Assembly: GCA_951406725.2 (NCBI GenBank)
Contig: OX597815.1
Coordinates: forward strand, 139,562,001-139,626,000
Reading direction: 5' to 3'
Length of the DNA: 64,000 nucleotides
Origin: Octopus vulgaris
Taxonomy: Eukaryota
The stretch's first letter is position 1. The number at the start of each line of letters is the position of its first letter. A program made the position numbers and the translations under genes. Of this stretch, positions 26,469 through 38,890 are shown in pieces. The notes below the pieces were generated by a model. It did not search any database, was not told the origin of the DNA, and saw only the letters and a program-made list of their open reading frames with translations.

Positions 26469-26808
26469 TTTTTGTAATTAATACCTTTAGGTCTTTGTCT
26501 GTCTAATTTCTCTATCTACTGCATGCCTTCTAATCTCTTCCACCTCTCCTTTCTGCTGTGATTGCTTACTTTACATATTTGGTAAAAATGTCAAGTATAA
26601 CTATCAGTATCGTTCAACTTAGCTGCTATCTCCTCTTCTTTTTTCTTTTTTCCGCTTCTCTCTTCCTCTTTTCTTATTCTTTCTTCCTTATATGTCACAC
26701 CCCTTTTTTTATTTACTTCTTTTTGTTTTTACTTTTTTTGTATTTATTATTTACATCTTTTCTGTGATATACATTCGTCCTTGTATTAATTCTTAATTAT
26801 TTATTTTA

Positions 26809-27090
26809 ATTTTTACTTTTTATGACATATTTTCCTTAAACTCTTGATTTCTAAAAAGGCTTTTCCAATCTAATTATTATATCTATTTCAATGTTTATCG
26901 GCAAATATATTTTTTCCGTCAAAGTTAGTCGTTTCCATCCAGCGTATTCCTGTAATTTTGAAAAGTTATATGATCCTCTCCATTCATCTCTAAATGTTTG
27001 TTTGATAAGTTACAAAGTATTCAAATTGCTGCCTGATGATTGATTACGTGAAACACTGCGTAACGGTTTCTGAATCTTTTCCGCTCTCCA

Positions 27091-27091
<1 letters not shown>
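26809..27091 (+). repeat. ~280-bp direct repeat, copy 1, with degenerate HHR core (27027-27068)
   Basis: Near-identical to 28074-28355; contains CUGAUGA-uugauuacgu-GAAAC-acugc-GUA. Confidence 0.9.
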
Positions 27092-27156
<65 letters not shown>

Positions 27157-27173
27157 ATGTATATATATAAACA

Positions 27174-27209
<36 letters not shown>

Positions 27210-27623
27210 TGTATATGTACATACATGTATATATATACATACTTTAAATGATAATATAATAATGGTATTTTTATATAAGCTGAAAACTTATGGCGATCAC
27301 AGTGACTAAAGAAAATAGTCTAATAAAGGGGCATATATGCCCTCGACAGAAAAAAAGAAAAGAAGAAGGCTTTCCTATCCACGTGGGAGGCGAACCCATA
27401 TCCCTTTGTTAACGCGACCAGGAGTGTTACCAGGTAACACACTTTGTCGCGCACACACACACACATACATATATAAGTTAATTAGAGTATATCTTAACAT
27501 CTTAAAGGGATGATTACATCCAAGAATACACTGGTTCAATATCTTATATCTTTGAGAAATTAATTTCCTTAAATCAATAGGTATATATTAAGCATATAAT
27601 TCCTATTCAATTAAGAGAAGAAA

Positions 27624-27963
27624 ATGGAGAGATAAAGGTTAATAAGTGTTTATTAATAAATTAATAATCATTCATTCCTATAATTGTTTCAATTTGTACT
27701 CATTCAATAAATTACAAAGTTATGCAATAGATCAACATTTGTAAGTTCTGAGCAAAATCTGTTCTTTCTGGAAAGAACAGATTGTTCAATATGTAATTTT
27801 TTTTAATATCTAATATTTCCCTGGTGATATTTTGCTCATAACTTATAAATGCAGATTTACTGCATAAATTTGTAATTTATTGAATGAGTACAAATTGAAA
27901 CAATTGTAGGAAAGAATGATTATCAAATTATCAATAAATAATCATTAACATTTATCTCTCCAT
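27624..27963. repeat. Imperfect ~135-bp inverted repeat (27624-27758 / 27829-27963)
   Basis: ATGGAGAGATAAA...TTGTTTCAATTTGTACTCATTCAATAAATTACAAA...GAGCAAAAT versus its reverse complement in the right arm. Confidence 0.88.
27817..27912 (+). ncRNA. HHR motif with extended hairpin stem II (A6G substitution)
   Basis: UUCC-CUGGUGA-[AUUUUGCUCAU..UUAUAAAU-GCAG..CUGC..AUUUGUAA..AUGAGUACAAAU]-U-GAA-ACAAUUGU-A-GGAA; palindromic stem III and GUA triplet. Confidence 0.65.
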
Positions 27964-28021
27964 GTTTTAATCGAATGTGGATTGTATATATACTTTATTA
28001 AAAAGCAGCAAAAATATCACA

Positions 28022-28067
28022 AAAACTGTTACTCAGAGTTTCGCATTCTCCTTCATCGAACAGTTTT
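28022..28067 (-). ncRNA. Degenerate minimal HHR motif
   Basis: AAAACUGU-UCGAUGA-Aggagaaugc-GAA-ACUCUGAGU-A-ACAGUUUU; 8-bp stem I. Confidence 0.55.
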
Positions 28068-28073
28068 GTTTAG

Positions 28074-28355
28074 ATTTTTACCTTTTATCACATATTTTCT
28101 TTAAACTCTTGATTTTTAAAAAGGCTTTTCCAATCTAATTATTATATCTATTTCAATGTTTATCGGCAAATATATTTTTCCGTCGAAGTTAGTCGTTTCC
28201 ATCCAGCGTATTCCTGTAATTTTGAAAAGTTATATGATCCTCTCCATTCATCTCTAAATGTTTGTTTGATAAGTTACAAAGTATTCAAATTGCTGCCTGA
28301 TGATTGATTACGTGAAACACTGCGTAACGGTTTCTGAATCTTTTCCGCTATCCAA
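28074..28355 (+). repeat. ~280-bp direct repeat, copy 2, with degenerate HHR core (28292-28332)
   Basis: Near-identical to 26809-27091. Confidence 0.9.
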
Positions 28356-28359
28356 TATA

Positions 28360-28439
<80 letters not shown>

Positions 28440-28579
28440 TATGTATGTATGTATGTATGTTTTTGGTGCTTTTTAATAAACCATATTACTCTACCTCTGG
28501 TATTCGAGTACTATACTTTCCACTTTGTTTCGCATTTATGTGCTTACTCTGGAATATATATATATAGAGAGAGAGAGTG

Positions 28580-30545
28580 AATCCTCTAAACAAAGAACAA
28601 ACAAGAAAAAGCAATAACGCTAGGACGTGGTACTAGTACTGCATTATCAGACGCTCAAGAAAGGAAAGAAAGAGGATTTAACGTTTCGAGCCAAGCTCTT
28701 TGTCAGAAATAGTAAAAGTCCTAAGGAAGGGAAGACGTAAGGAGAAAATCGCCAACGATACACACGCGGTTACATTTTGAAATGACCGGAAGGGAAAGGG
28801 TGAAGAAAAAGTTCTAAGACGGGAGAGTGCAAGAGAAGGAGATATGTGTGTGTATGTATGTTTGGGTATGTACGTACGTGCAAGTCTGTGTGTGTGTGTT
28901 TAATGATAGCACGTGTATGTGCGTATGTGTGTATGTGGCTTTGGCTGTTTCTACGTGTGTGTGTGTGAGTAGATTTTCTGTGGCTTATTGTCGTAGGAAG
29001 AATATACAGTAAGAATTTTAGGTAGGAATGGCTGTTTTTTGTGTCTCCTTTCACATAAGCGAAGGAGAATGGTCAGCAGAAAGGTGTTTGACTGGTAGCT
29101 TGAAGTATGTGTGTGTGCGTATATGTATATGTTGTGTGTGCGTGTGTGTTTTGTGTGCAATGTGTGCTTGTGTCTGTGTGTGTATGTGCGTATGCGTGAG
29201 GTTGTGTGGGGGGTTGTCTCTGTGGAGCAAATGTGCGTTACTCTGTGTGCGTGCGTGTGTATGTGCGTCTGTGTATGTGTGTGCATGTGTATATATATAT
29301 ATGTGTGTGCGTGTGAGTGTATGTGTGTGTACATGTGTGTGTGCGCGTATGTATTTTGTGTGTGCATGTGTTTGCGCGTGTGTACATGCGTGTATGCGCC
29401 TGTATGTGCGTGTGTGTATGTGTGCGTGTGGATGTATGTGTGTATACGTGAATGTGTGTTGTATGTATGTGGTGTGTGTGTGTGTATGTGCGCGTGTATA
29501 TAGAAATAAAATATAATAAATTATAATAAAAAACGGTTGATAGGGGATAAAGAAGATGTTAATACAAAGTAAAATGGCGCAATAAAAAACAAAAAAAAAA
29601 ACAAAAGATGAAATAAAGTTGCTTTGTTGCAGGAGGTTGTAGAGACACTCATTAGGAGGAGGGGTTCTGTTTAGTCCGAAGGGGAAGTTGTTCGTAGATT
29701 AAGAATATAACGCTGTTCCAGGCGGAGTCGTTAATGTGTGGATCCGTGGTGCAAAGCGAGGCCAGAGAAGATGTTAGAGGGAGCGTGGTTTACCAAGCAG
29801 AAGTGACGGGCGACGGGGGTGTTCGGACGTAGCGAAACATCCCTTAGATGTTCGGTAAACCAGGTGGCTTGTCTGACCTACACATAATTTACCACGGAGG
29901 TTGCATCTAATACAATATATGATGCAAGAGAAGGAATTTATGATGTGAAGAGTGTGCTGATTGGAACCAATGAGGGAGGAAGTATTGGTGATGAAGGAGC
30001 AAGTGTAGCAGCGGGATCTGGAGCACGGGAAGGATCCAGGTGGGGCTGGGGGGAAGAGGAGAAGGTACTACGGATCAGTAGATCGCGTAGGTTCCGGGTG
30101 CGTTTAAAGGAGGACAAGGGTAGGCTGGGGAAAATTGGGCGGGTGGTGGGATCGAGCTGGAGACGACGGAAGGCCCATAGGATCCTCTGACGAAGGGGTA
30201 GGGTGGGGGCGGAAAAGAGGGGAAAGTGGGTGCGGTTTGGGGTTTGGTGTGGGGAAAGAGAGAGGGTAGTGGTGCGATTGATTCGACGAGTGCGGGCAAG
30301 GACGGTTTGGACAAGAGTTGAAGGGTATCCTCGATGCATGAACAGGAGGGCAAGGTACTGGGGCTGGGTCTCGAAATCCTGGTCCCGGTTGCACAAGCGT
30401 CGGAGGCAGAGGAACTGGGAGTAGGGGATGGCCCGTTTGGTGTGGAAGGAATGGGAGGAGGAATGCGGCGTGAGAGGCGTGAAGCGGAGACCCCTACTGA
30501 GGAGTGATCACTCAGCAGCGGATAGAGGGAGGCTTGGTGGTATAG
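28580..30545 (-). mobile_element. 5'-truncated Penelope-like retroelement (RT thumb + GIY-YIG remnant + HHR-bearing 3' pLTR)
   Basis: Minus strand HTKRAIPYSQFLCLRRLCNRDQDFE...RGYP...FKRTRNLRDLLIRS, then IIYCIRC...VGQT...FTEHLRDV...PVARHF...RLRLEQR...PFGLN; a (CA)-rich tract and the HHR lie downstream. Confidence 0.88.
28676..28710 (-). ncRNA. Minimal HHR in the Penelope pLTR (G8A substitution)
   Basis: AUUU-CUGACAA-A-GAGC(uug)GCUC-GAA-ACGU-U-AAAU; palindromic stem III. Confidence 0.7.
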
Positions 30546-31161
30546 TGAACATTTTGAATGTAAGAACATCGAGTTATCTTCTACCTTTTATTGACGTCTT
30601 CATATTTTGTCTAGTCATATCAAAATTCTTTCGAAGAACAAGTAATTTTAAAAGATCTGCAACAAACAATGTAGTCTTCGTTTCATTAAAAAATACCAAG
30701 TTTTTTTGACATCTAATATAAATATTATGTATTTGTATTTGATGCAAATATATGCAAATCATCAACAAACAAATGTCCAACTACTGCCTTATTGATTAAT
30801 AGAACAATTACACCAGTACTAAGTGGGTTAATGGTTTCCTTTCTAAAAATATTATTCTAAACAATATTCGTCTGTGAGAGCTGTTTAAACATATATTTTA
30901 TGTTCTGTCTGAGTTCAGTGATGTTTATCACATTGAGACATTATTTTTGTTGATATTAAAATATATTTGACAACCTCAGTTGAGAGGTGAATCTTAATAC
31001 CACAAAAGAAAATAGAATAGAAAAAAATAAAATAAAATTAAGCTTTAAGACTTAACATTCATCTTGAACCAGGTCAGATAAAAAAAACACCAATATTGCT
31101 TTTTTAAAGGTGCTGTTCAAACATAACCATATAGCTATACATAACTGATCATGGAACAGCA

Positions 31162-31226
<65 letters not shown>

Positions 31227-31241
31227 CACTCACACACACAC

Positions 31242-31294
<53 letters not shown>

Positions 31295-31341
31295 TATGCA
31301 TGCATACACGCGTATACATATATATACGCATACATATATAC

Positions 31342-31398
<57 letters not shown>

Positions 31399-31545
31399 TG
31401 ATGTGTGTGCGTGTGTTAAAACACACATGCATATTTATAGAAAAAGTACTGTATTATATTCATGGACATATATGGGTCTTAGAAACAGCAGTATATATTT
31501 GCTTAATCCTTTATATTTGCAATATATATTTACTTAATCATATAC

Positions 31546-31578
<33 letters not shown>

Positions 31579-32324
31579 TGTATGTATGTATGTATGTATG
31601 TATGTATGTATGTATGTATGTATGTGTAAGTGCGCATACGCGCGTGCATGAATGAATTGGGTTGAAATGATTGAAATGGTAAGTATAGAAGAAATATATG
31701 CGGAAATGAGCTCTTATAAACCTCTTATTACTGAATATGTCTGTACATATGCATACATATTTCTGTGAGTGTGGATGATTAACCAAATCTCACAGCAAGT
31801 TTGACCGGGTAGTATATATAATGCTTTCACTCATTATTTGTAGGTGTCTGCGAAGTCACGAGCAGTCATGAACGCCTTCTTGTTCCTGCCACTGATTCAA
31901 CGGAACAAAGAGGATGACAACTGGCAAAAGAAAGGGCCTACACTAGCACTTGGCTTGTAAGCATCTTCAGCGAAGTTGACTGGATTGAAGCGGACGTGCC
32001 ATAGTTAAGGACGAAGACGATACATCGCCTAGTCCGGAACACGAACCCATGACCTTATTGTGAGACTAAGCTAATATAAACACTCCTGAGCCATTACAAA
32101 GAAATTGTGGTCTTATTGTAACTTGTGCGACAAAGTCAATACGCTGCACAATTCAATACCATTTCCTGCTTTTGGGGTGCTTTAAGAGAGTAGATTAGAA
32201 TTTACATGTTGGTCGAGTATGCGTTCCTTTCTTTCTCCCATTAATCCAGGAGACTCCAAAAAATGTCATAACTGCAATCTTTTCGTCATTGACTAAGCTA
32301 TGAAAAAAGAATAAACCTTTAATA

Positions 32325-33118
32325 AGCTCAAGGCCCGAAATTCGGTGGGAAGGGTCCAGTCGATTACATCGAGTCCAGTACATGACTGGTTCTTATTTTA
32401 TCGACCCCAAAAGGACGAAAAGCAAAGTCGACCTCGGTTGAATTTGTACTCAGAACATAGAGATAGCCGAAATGCCGCTTAGCATTTTGTCCGGCGTGCT
32501 GACGCTTCTGCCGGTTAGCTGCCTTAAATGCGATAATTTAATGATAAATACAGTTTATCTTGCTATGAAAAAGCAATGCACTCAGAATGATGAATACGAA
32601 ATAGAAAAAGAAACGAACTTCAGATTTTCAAGTAAAACCCTAGAGTCTGAGGAAGCTAATGATGCTCTTAAGGAAACTAGAGATACTACGAGATGGTAAA
32701 CGGTAATAATTTCAAATTTTGGCACAAAACCGGCAAGTTCAGGGGACGGGATAGGTTCATTAAATCAATTCCAGTATTCAGCTGATATACTTATTTTATC
32801 GACCTCGAAGGGATGGAAGGCAAATTCAACCTCGATGGAACTTGATCTCAGAAAGTTAAGTCAGGCGGAATGCAGCTAAGCGTTCAGACCGGGTGCTAAT
32901 GATTCTGTCAGATCGCCAATAATAATTATTTCTACTCTTTTGGGGGAAGAGGTCTAGTCGATTATATCTACCCCAGTGCGTAACTGGTACTTATTTCAAA
33001 GACTCCGAAAGGATGAAAGGCAAAGTCGACCTCGGCGGAATTTGAACTCAGAACGTAACGGCAGACGAAATACCGCTAAGCATTTCGTCCAGCGTGCTAA
33101 CGATTATGCCAACTCGCC
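32325..33118 (-). mobile_element. Cluster of three SINE family B copies (~32325-32523, ~32712-32917, ~32940-33118)
   Basis: Each shows ATCGAC...AAAGTCGACCTCGG..GAATTTGAACTCAGAAC-like blocks. Confidence 0.85.
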
Positions 33119-33141
33119 ATCTTCATGCTCACCAATAATAA

Positions 33142-34415
33142 TATTGGGTTGTCCGGAAAGTTCGTGCCGATTTTGAAAGGAAAGAAAAAGGTCAATAAAT
33201 ACTTGCCATTACATTTTTAATCAACCAAATATGAACCATTTTGTTGCACAATGCGTCTCCACCTTTCCTTAAACTCGAAAATACCCTCTTCCCAGAATTG
33301 AGGTGGTTTCATGGCAAAGAATTCATCAAGGTATCTTTTCACGTCACCCAAGGAATTGAAATTTTCACCATTAAGATTATTCTGCAGAGACCTGAATAAG
33401 TGGAAATCCGAAGGAGCGATATCTGGTGAATATGGAGGGGGGTAACACATCTCAGCCGAGCTGCAGTAATTCCCAAAGGAACATGCGGTCTTGCATTATC
33501 ATGTTGGAAAGCAACACCCTTCCTGTTGACCAATTCTGGACGTTTCTCTTGAATTGCTGTTTTTAACTCGTCCAGTTGTGTGCAGTATTTCTCAGAATTA
33601 ATTGTCTGGTTACTTGGGAGAAGCTCATAGTACAGAATTCCTTTCCAATCCCACCAGACACAAAGCAAGACTTTTTTAGGGCGAAGACCTGCTTTTCGGG
33701 TGGCTAAGGGTAGCTCATGTCGCTTACTCCAAGATCGCTTTCTCTGAACATTTCGGTAGATAATCCATTTCTCATCACCTGTCACAATTTGCTTTAAAAA
33801 AGGCGCGTTTTCATTCCGTTTATAAAGCGAATCACAGATGGAAATGCGATCCAAAAGTTTCTTCTCACTCAACTCATGTGGTACCCAAACATCGCAGCAA
33901 TTTGTGTACTCGAGCTTTACCAGGTGTCATGAACGACAGCTTTTGATAGGCTGAGGCTTTCTGCCAATTCTCGGGTTGTGCAATGTGGGTTATTCTCAAT
34001 TAATGGCTTGATTTGGTCATCATCTGTAGTGGATGGTCTGCCTGATCGCCCTTTATCTATAAGGCTACCATATCCAGCTCGGAACCTTGCGAACCACTTC
34101 CGTACAGTGCTTTCGGATAAAGAAACATCACCGTAAACTGCGTATATTTCTTTGGTTGCTTGTGAGGCATTTTTCCCTTTACAGAAAAACAAAAGCATCA
34201 AGTGCCGAAAATGAACTTTCTTATCTTCCATTTTAAAGGGTTACAGAATTAACACAGGTTATAGGAACATAAACCTTCTTCCACGAAATGATAACTTAAA
34301 CTGTGCTCTAAATGGAGGTCTAATCAAATCCTATTTTATGGACTCAACCATGTTCTACAATAAGTCGAAAATTAAGCTACTATAAATCAGCACGAACTTT
34401 CCGGACAACCCAATA
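33142..34415 (-). mobile_element. Full-length mariner (DD34D) transposon with TIRs and TA duplication
   Basis: TA-TTGGGTTGTCCGGAAAGTTCGTGCCGATTT ... AAATCAGCACGAACTTTCCGGACAACCCAA-TA. Confidence 0.95.
33217..34231 (-). pseudogene. mariner transposase pseudogene (frameshifted)
   Basis: MEDKKVHFRHLML, RSGRP, WVPHEL, GDEKW, HDNARPH and YSPDIAPSDFHLF spread over three ORF pieces. Confidence 0.93.
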
Positions 34416-34914
34416 GAAAAAGTTTAATGAATTTATTTCTCCTGAACCACCACTTACCATTTCTCTTTCACTCTCTTTTCCCCCTCCTTTCCCTACCACT
34501 CACTGCGCTCTTTGTTCAAGCCCTCTTCTTCCTTTTTTTTTCTTCTTCACAAGCTAATTTCACAATTTGTTCTTCTTAGATCGATTGTCGACAAACAATA
34601 ATTTCTGATGTGATCGAAATCTGTTGTTTACACTTATTCAGCACGTTCTACATTTGTGCGAGCTTACGCGTATCCACACACACACATTCACAAGCATGCA
34701 ATAAACACATACATAAACACGCACACACACTCATACATACATGCACACATAGAAACATTATACACAGAAACATACCTACACACGAACACATGCACTCATA
34801 CACACACACACACACAAACACACACAGTACACTATACGTTACACCATGCACTTACACACACATACACATAGCCTTCATACACACACATCGCAATAAGCTA
34901 CATTTATCGATCTT

Positions 34915-35250
34915 CTATCAGTTTCGATGAGGAGCACTCGATCAGTTGCTTTACCTTTTCATTGAATTAGCGTGTAACTGGCCGAGTATTCCTCTCAGAC
35001 ACATGTTACACTAACATAAGGTGGTAAGTTGATTCAATGTGACACGGTCTATGTGACAAGGTTGAATCTTTGAATTATAAGTACAGTCCATCCATCCAGG
35101 CTTCCACGCAGTTTCTGCATTCCCATTTCACAAACGAGGCTTAGTTTAAGCGTAGGCTATAGTAAAAGACATTTGCGCCAGTTGAGACCCAGTGGAATCG
35201 AACTCGGGGTCTCATGAACGAATAGTGAACTTCTTAATCACTCGGCTATG
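34915..35250 (-). mobile_element. Old SINE fragments (family C body, then family A head)
   Basis: 34915-35090 resembles the reverse complement of 50270-50440; 35095-35250 resembles 3185-3335. Confidence 0.55.
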
Positions 35251-35362
35251 ACCTCTTCACTATACAGCACGCTACATACACACTACATATATACAATAAG
35301 ATTATACTTCTTGTGTGTTTATACACTACTCAACGCACGTATACTACTTAAAGAGTACACTT

Positions 35363-35672
35363 CGCATGGTTCAGTGGTTAGAGCGTCGAGCTCTCAATTA
35401 TGAGGTAGTGAGTTCGGTTCCCTGACCGGACTATGTGTCGTGTTCTTGAGCAAGACACTTTATTTTTCACGTTGTTCCAGTTCATTCAGCTGTAGAAATG
35501 AGTTGCGACGTTACTGGCGCCAAGTTGTATCGGTCTTTGCTTTTCACTTGGACAACATCGGTGACATGAAGGAGAGAGACTTGTACGCATGGGCGATTGC
35601 TTGTCTTGCATAAACAACCTTGCCCGGACTTGTTCCTTGGAGGGTAACTTTCTTGGTGCAATCCCATGGTCA
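35363..35672 (+). mobile_element. tRNA-derived SINE, family C (CORE-like central domain)
   Basis: CGCATGGTTCAGTGGTTAGAGCG (A box), GAGTTCGGTTCCC (B box), GTTCTTGAGCAAGACACTTTATT. Confidence 0.85.
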
Positions 35673-36053
35673 ACACACTACGAAATATGCTATACGTACA
35701 TCACCGCACTGTAAAATGCTACGCTACATTCTACATAACCCAACTCTACATTACACAGTAAGCAACACGCTATGGTATACAGCTACACACTACCTTCGTA
35801 CTACATTCTACGCTACATATTTATTTACACTCTGTCCAACGCATCACCACACAAACACTAAACATATGCATCTACACACACGCGTACATGCACATACATA
35901 TGCGCACTCACGTACACATAAACATACGTACGCACACGCACGTTCACACGGACGTATACACACGCACACACGCACACACACACACACACACACCATACAC
36001 ACATACACACTATGTTATCTAGCACTACTCAACGCACACATTACATTAAGCGT

Positions 36054-36113
<60 letters not shown>

Positions 36114-36118
36114 CACGT

Positions 36119-36400
36119 GGAGGCGCAATAGCCCAGTGGTTAGGGCAGCGGACTCGCGGTCGTAGGATCGCGGTTTCGATTCCCAGATCAGGCGTTGTGA
36201 GTGTTTATTGGGCGAAAACACCTAAAGCTCCACGAGTCTGGTGGCGATCCCTGCTGTACTCTTTCGTCACAACTTCTCTCACTCTTTCTTCTGTTGGCCT
36301 GCTCGCTTAGCCATTTGAAGGCTAAAACAATGCGAAGCGCATTGTGACTAGCTATGTATAACAACATCTGATAACCTGGTCGGTCGCGGTGACCACGGTG
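36119..36400 (+). mobile_element. tRNA-derived SINE (tRNA-like head, distinct body)
   Basis: GGCGCAATAGCCCAGTGGTTAGGGCAGCGGACTCGCGG...GGTTTCGATTCCC followed by a non-tRNA body; inserted in (TA)n. Confidence 0.8.
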
Positions 36401-37342
36401 ATATATATACACTCACCACGAAGCTTTTCTACACACGCATTATACACACTCTACATTTACAACACCACATATACACATACACACACACACGCACACATAC
36501 AAACTTGCATGAAAACAAAAATCACACACAAATATAGATTCATCGCACACAATCACACACACAGACACATACACTCACAATCACACACAAGCACATACAC
36601 TCACAATCACACACGCTACAAACACAAAATTGCATACATTTCATACTATGACACTGCCAAACCTTATAGTTACCAGAAAATATAATTCTGATACGACCAC
36701 ACGCGCACGCTCATATGCATCCATGCTCACAGCGTGTGATTCGACAACTAGATTCCCAATATTCAAGTGATAAGGTTCGGTTAATAGGTACTAAAGTATC
36801 TTATACAAAACACAGAGCTTATCTCAATTAATTTTGTATCAATGCCGAATCTTTCTAGGTTGCCTTCCATTGCTTTCAATTGGTATAATATGATTTATTT
36901 TTCTCTATACTTTGTGATAATTCTGTATATCACACTGTCTTTGGGAAGAAGAACCTCTAGCAACTGGAAAGACTCCAAAAATCCTACAAAAACGTTTTTG
37001 TTTTTTTTTATAACAGAAATAACTGATTTAATAGTAGTTGACTAGCACAGAACACTGTAAATGTTGCAGTATGAAATATATAGATTGACAGGGATATTTC
37101 AGTTCACACACACACACACACGCACGCGTGTGTGTATATCAGTGTATGTAATTATGTATAAGCATATGGCTTCGTAGTGGGTAGCTTTAGGTGAAGATTT
37201 CATTGCGTGACACGTTGTTCATGTGTCTTCAACAGTAGATTCTGGGAGCGTCAGGTTGACCAACACGTCATGGGAGGGATTATAGAATTTGATAGAAGAA
37301 AACTGGGCGAAAGCCCGTCGTGCACACATATGTTTACACACA

Positions 37343-37390
<48 letters not shown>

Positions 37391-37862
37391 CACACATACA
37401 CATGCACGCACACATACAGACATACATATATACATACACACATACATGCTTGCATGCATGAAACAGCATTAGATAAAAGTAACGGTGCCCATAACATTTT
37501 TAATGTATATACAAAAGTAGAGTGGTGCTATCTGTAATATTTTGTTTTAGAGAAACTTTTCTCAAGATGCTTTGCGTGTAAAAACCACAACTCGCGCAGA
37601 CAGATGAGAGTGGACCATCAGACACCAATGTTTCTGCCTGATTTAGCCACCTCAGTGATGAACCTGCCCCTTTCAGATATAGATACATATATTTGTATCG
37701 CTATCTCGATATCAGCTCACCTGGTTTCTTCTTATAGCCACTCTTATACACCGTGGATTTAGTACTCAATGAATATTTCAGAGTGAAGTTCAGATTATTT
37801 CAGCACTACTACTTGTTTTCTGTATTGAGCACCTCTAGATCTCATCTGTTTGTATATATATA

Positions 37863-38216
37863 TATAGGGGCTGGAGAAAATAATGGAATCACCTTAAAAT
37901 TTCAAACCAATTTATTCTAATATGGGGTAGTAATTACAGCTTGAATTCTGCGAGGTATGGACTCGTACAAAGTTTCAATTGTTTCCACAGGAATTTTTGT
38001 CCATTCTTCAGCTAAAACAGTCACCAGTTCTTGCAGTAATAATGGTGGATGATACCGACTCCTTACTTGTTTTTCTAAAATACACCATAAAGGTTCAATA
38101 ATATTGAGATCTGGGGACTGTAGTGACCAGATAAGATGTTTAACTTCACTAGAATGTTCCTCGTGCCATTCAGTAACAACTTAAAGATTGAGGTTCCCTT
38201 CGGAAACAGTTCCGCA
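37863..38216 (-). mobile_element. Tc1-like transposon 3' fragment (same family as 21500-22772)
   Basis: Aligns with 21500-21900, including the TIR AGGGGCTGGAGAAAATAATGGAA. Confidence 0.88.
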
Positions 38217-38267
38217 TAATAATAACAACATCGAAAAATACCTTAGGAATGAGAACCCAGGTGCCAA

Positions 38268-38313
38268 GATACCTGATGAAGGCTGGAGAGTATATCAGCC
38301 GAAACATTGCGTT
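38268..38313 (+). ncRNA. Minimal HHR motif within a short repeat (same family as 49252-49494)
   Basis: GAUAC-CUGAUGA-A-GGCUG(gagaguauau)CAGCC-GAAAC-AUU-GCGUU; stems I and III partly decayed. Confidence 0.65.
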
Positions 38314-38620
38314 AACAATAAACAAGATGAGGACAAATATCCGTCAATTGTTAATAATGTAAATAAATACGAAAGGCCTTTAGTGTTCGTGTAATGTGCG
38401 TTGACAGAATGAGTCCTCGAAAGAAAATTACTTTGTAGTATTTTGATTCTGTTCGTGCTATTTCCTTTACATCAATAAAAATGTACCAGCCCAAGTACTG
38501 GGGGTTGGCAAAATAATTTAAATCTCTTTAAGGCCAAAACCCAGCGTGGTCGAAACTAGGGAAAAGAAGAAAAAATGAAAATAATGAATGCCATCGAAAA
38601 CGCAAAAATTATCTATCATT

Positions 38621-38890
38621 TACGAAGGCATACCCAAAAGAAACTGGAATTTTACAAAATTATTTTATTCACTTAGTCTTACATGTTTACACTTTTATCG
38701 CCTTCAAAGTATTCTCCATTTGAAGTAATGCATAGGTCCGGAACCGTTTTCCACTGCTCAAATAAGTCCTGGATTTCTTATGAAATGGTGCCTTTTAACG
38801 GCTCCATTTTTTTTATGATTTTACCTCTTCCACATCTGTAAAACATTTTCCTTTAAGTTGCATGGAGAAAGATTGGATGAATAGGAAAGG
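38621..38890 (-). mobile_element. mariner 3'-end remnant
   Basis: Minus strand ...FEQWK...CITSNGEYFEGD, followed by a TIR-like end finishing in CCTTCGTA. Confidence 0.55.

Noticed and set aside
31844-31956. Exon-like segment between TTTTGTAG and GTAAGC with one open frame
   Set aside because: No recognisable protein similarity, and it runs into a SINE remnant.
34915-34950. Minus-strand CTGATCGA...GAAAC
   Set aside because: Part of a decayed family C SINE tail; stems do not form.
36119-36190. tRNA-like sequence (also 35363 and 50128)
   Set aside because: A and B boxes are present but there is no complete cloverleaf, and each continues into a SINE body.
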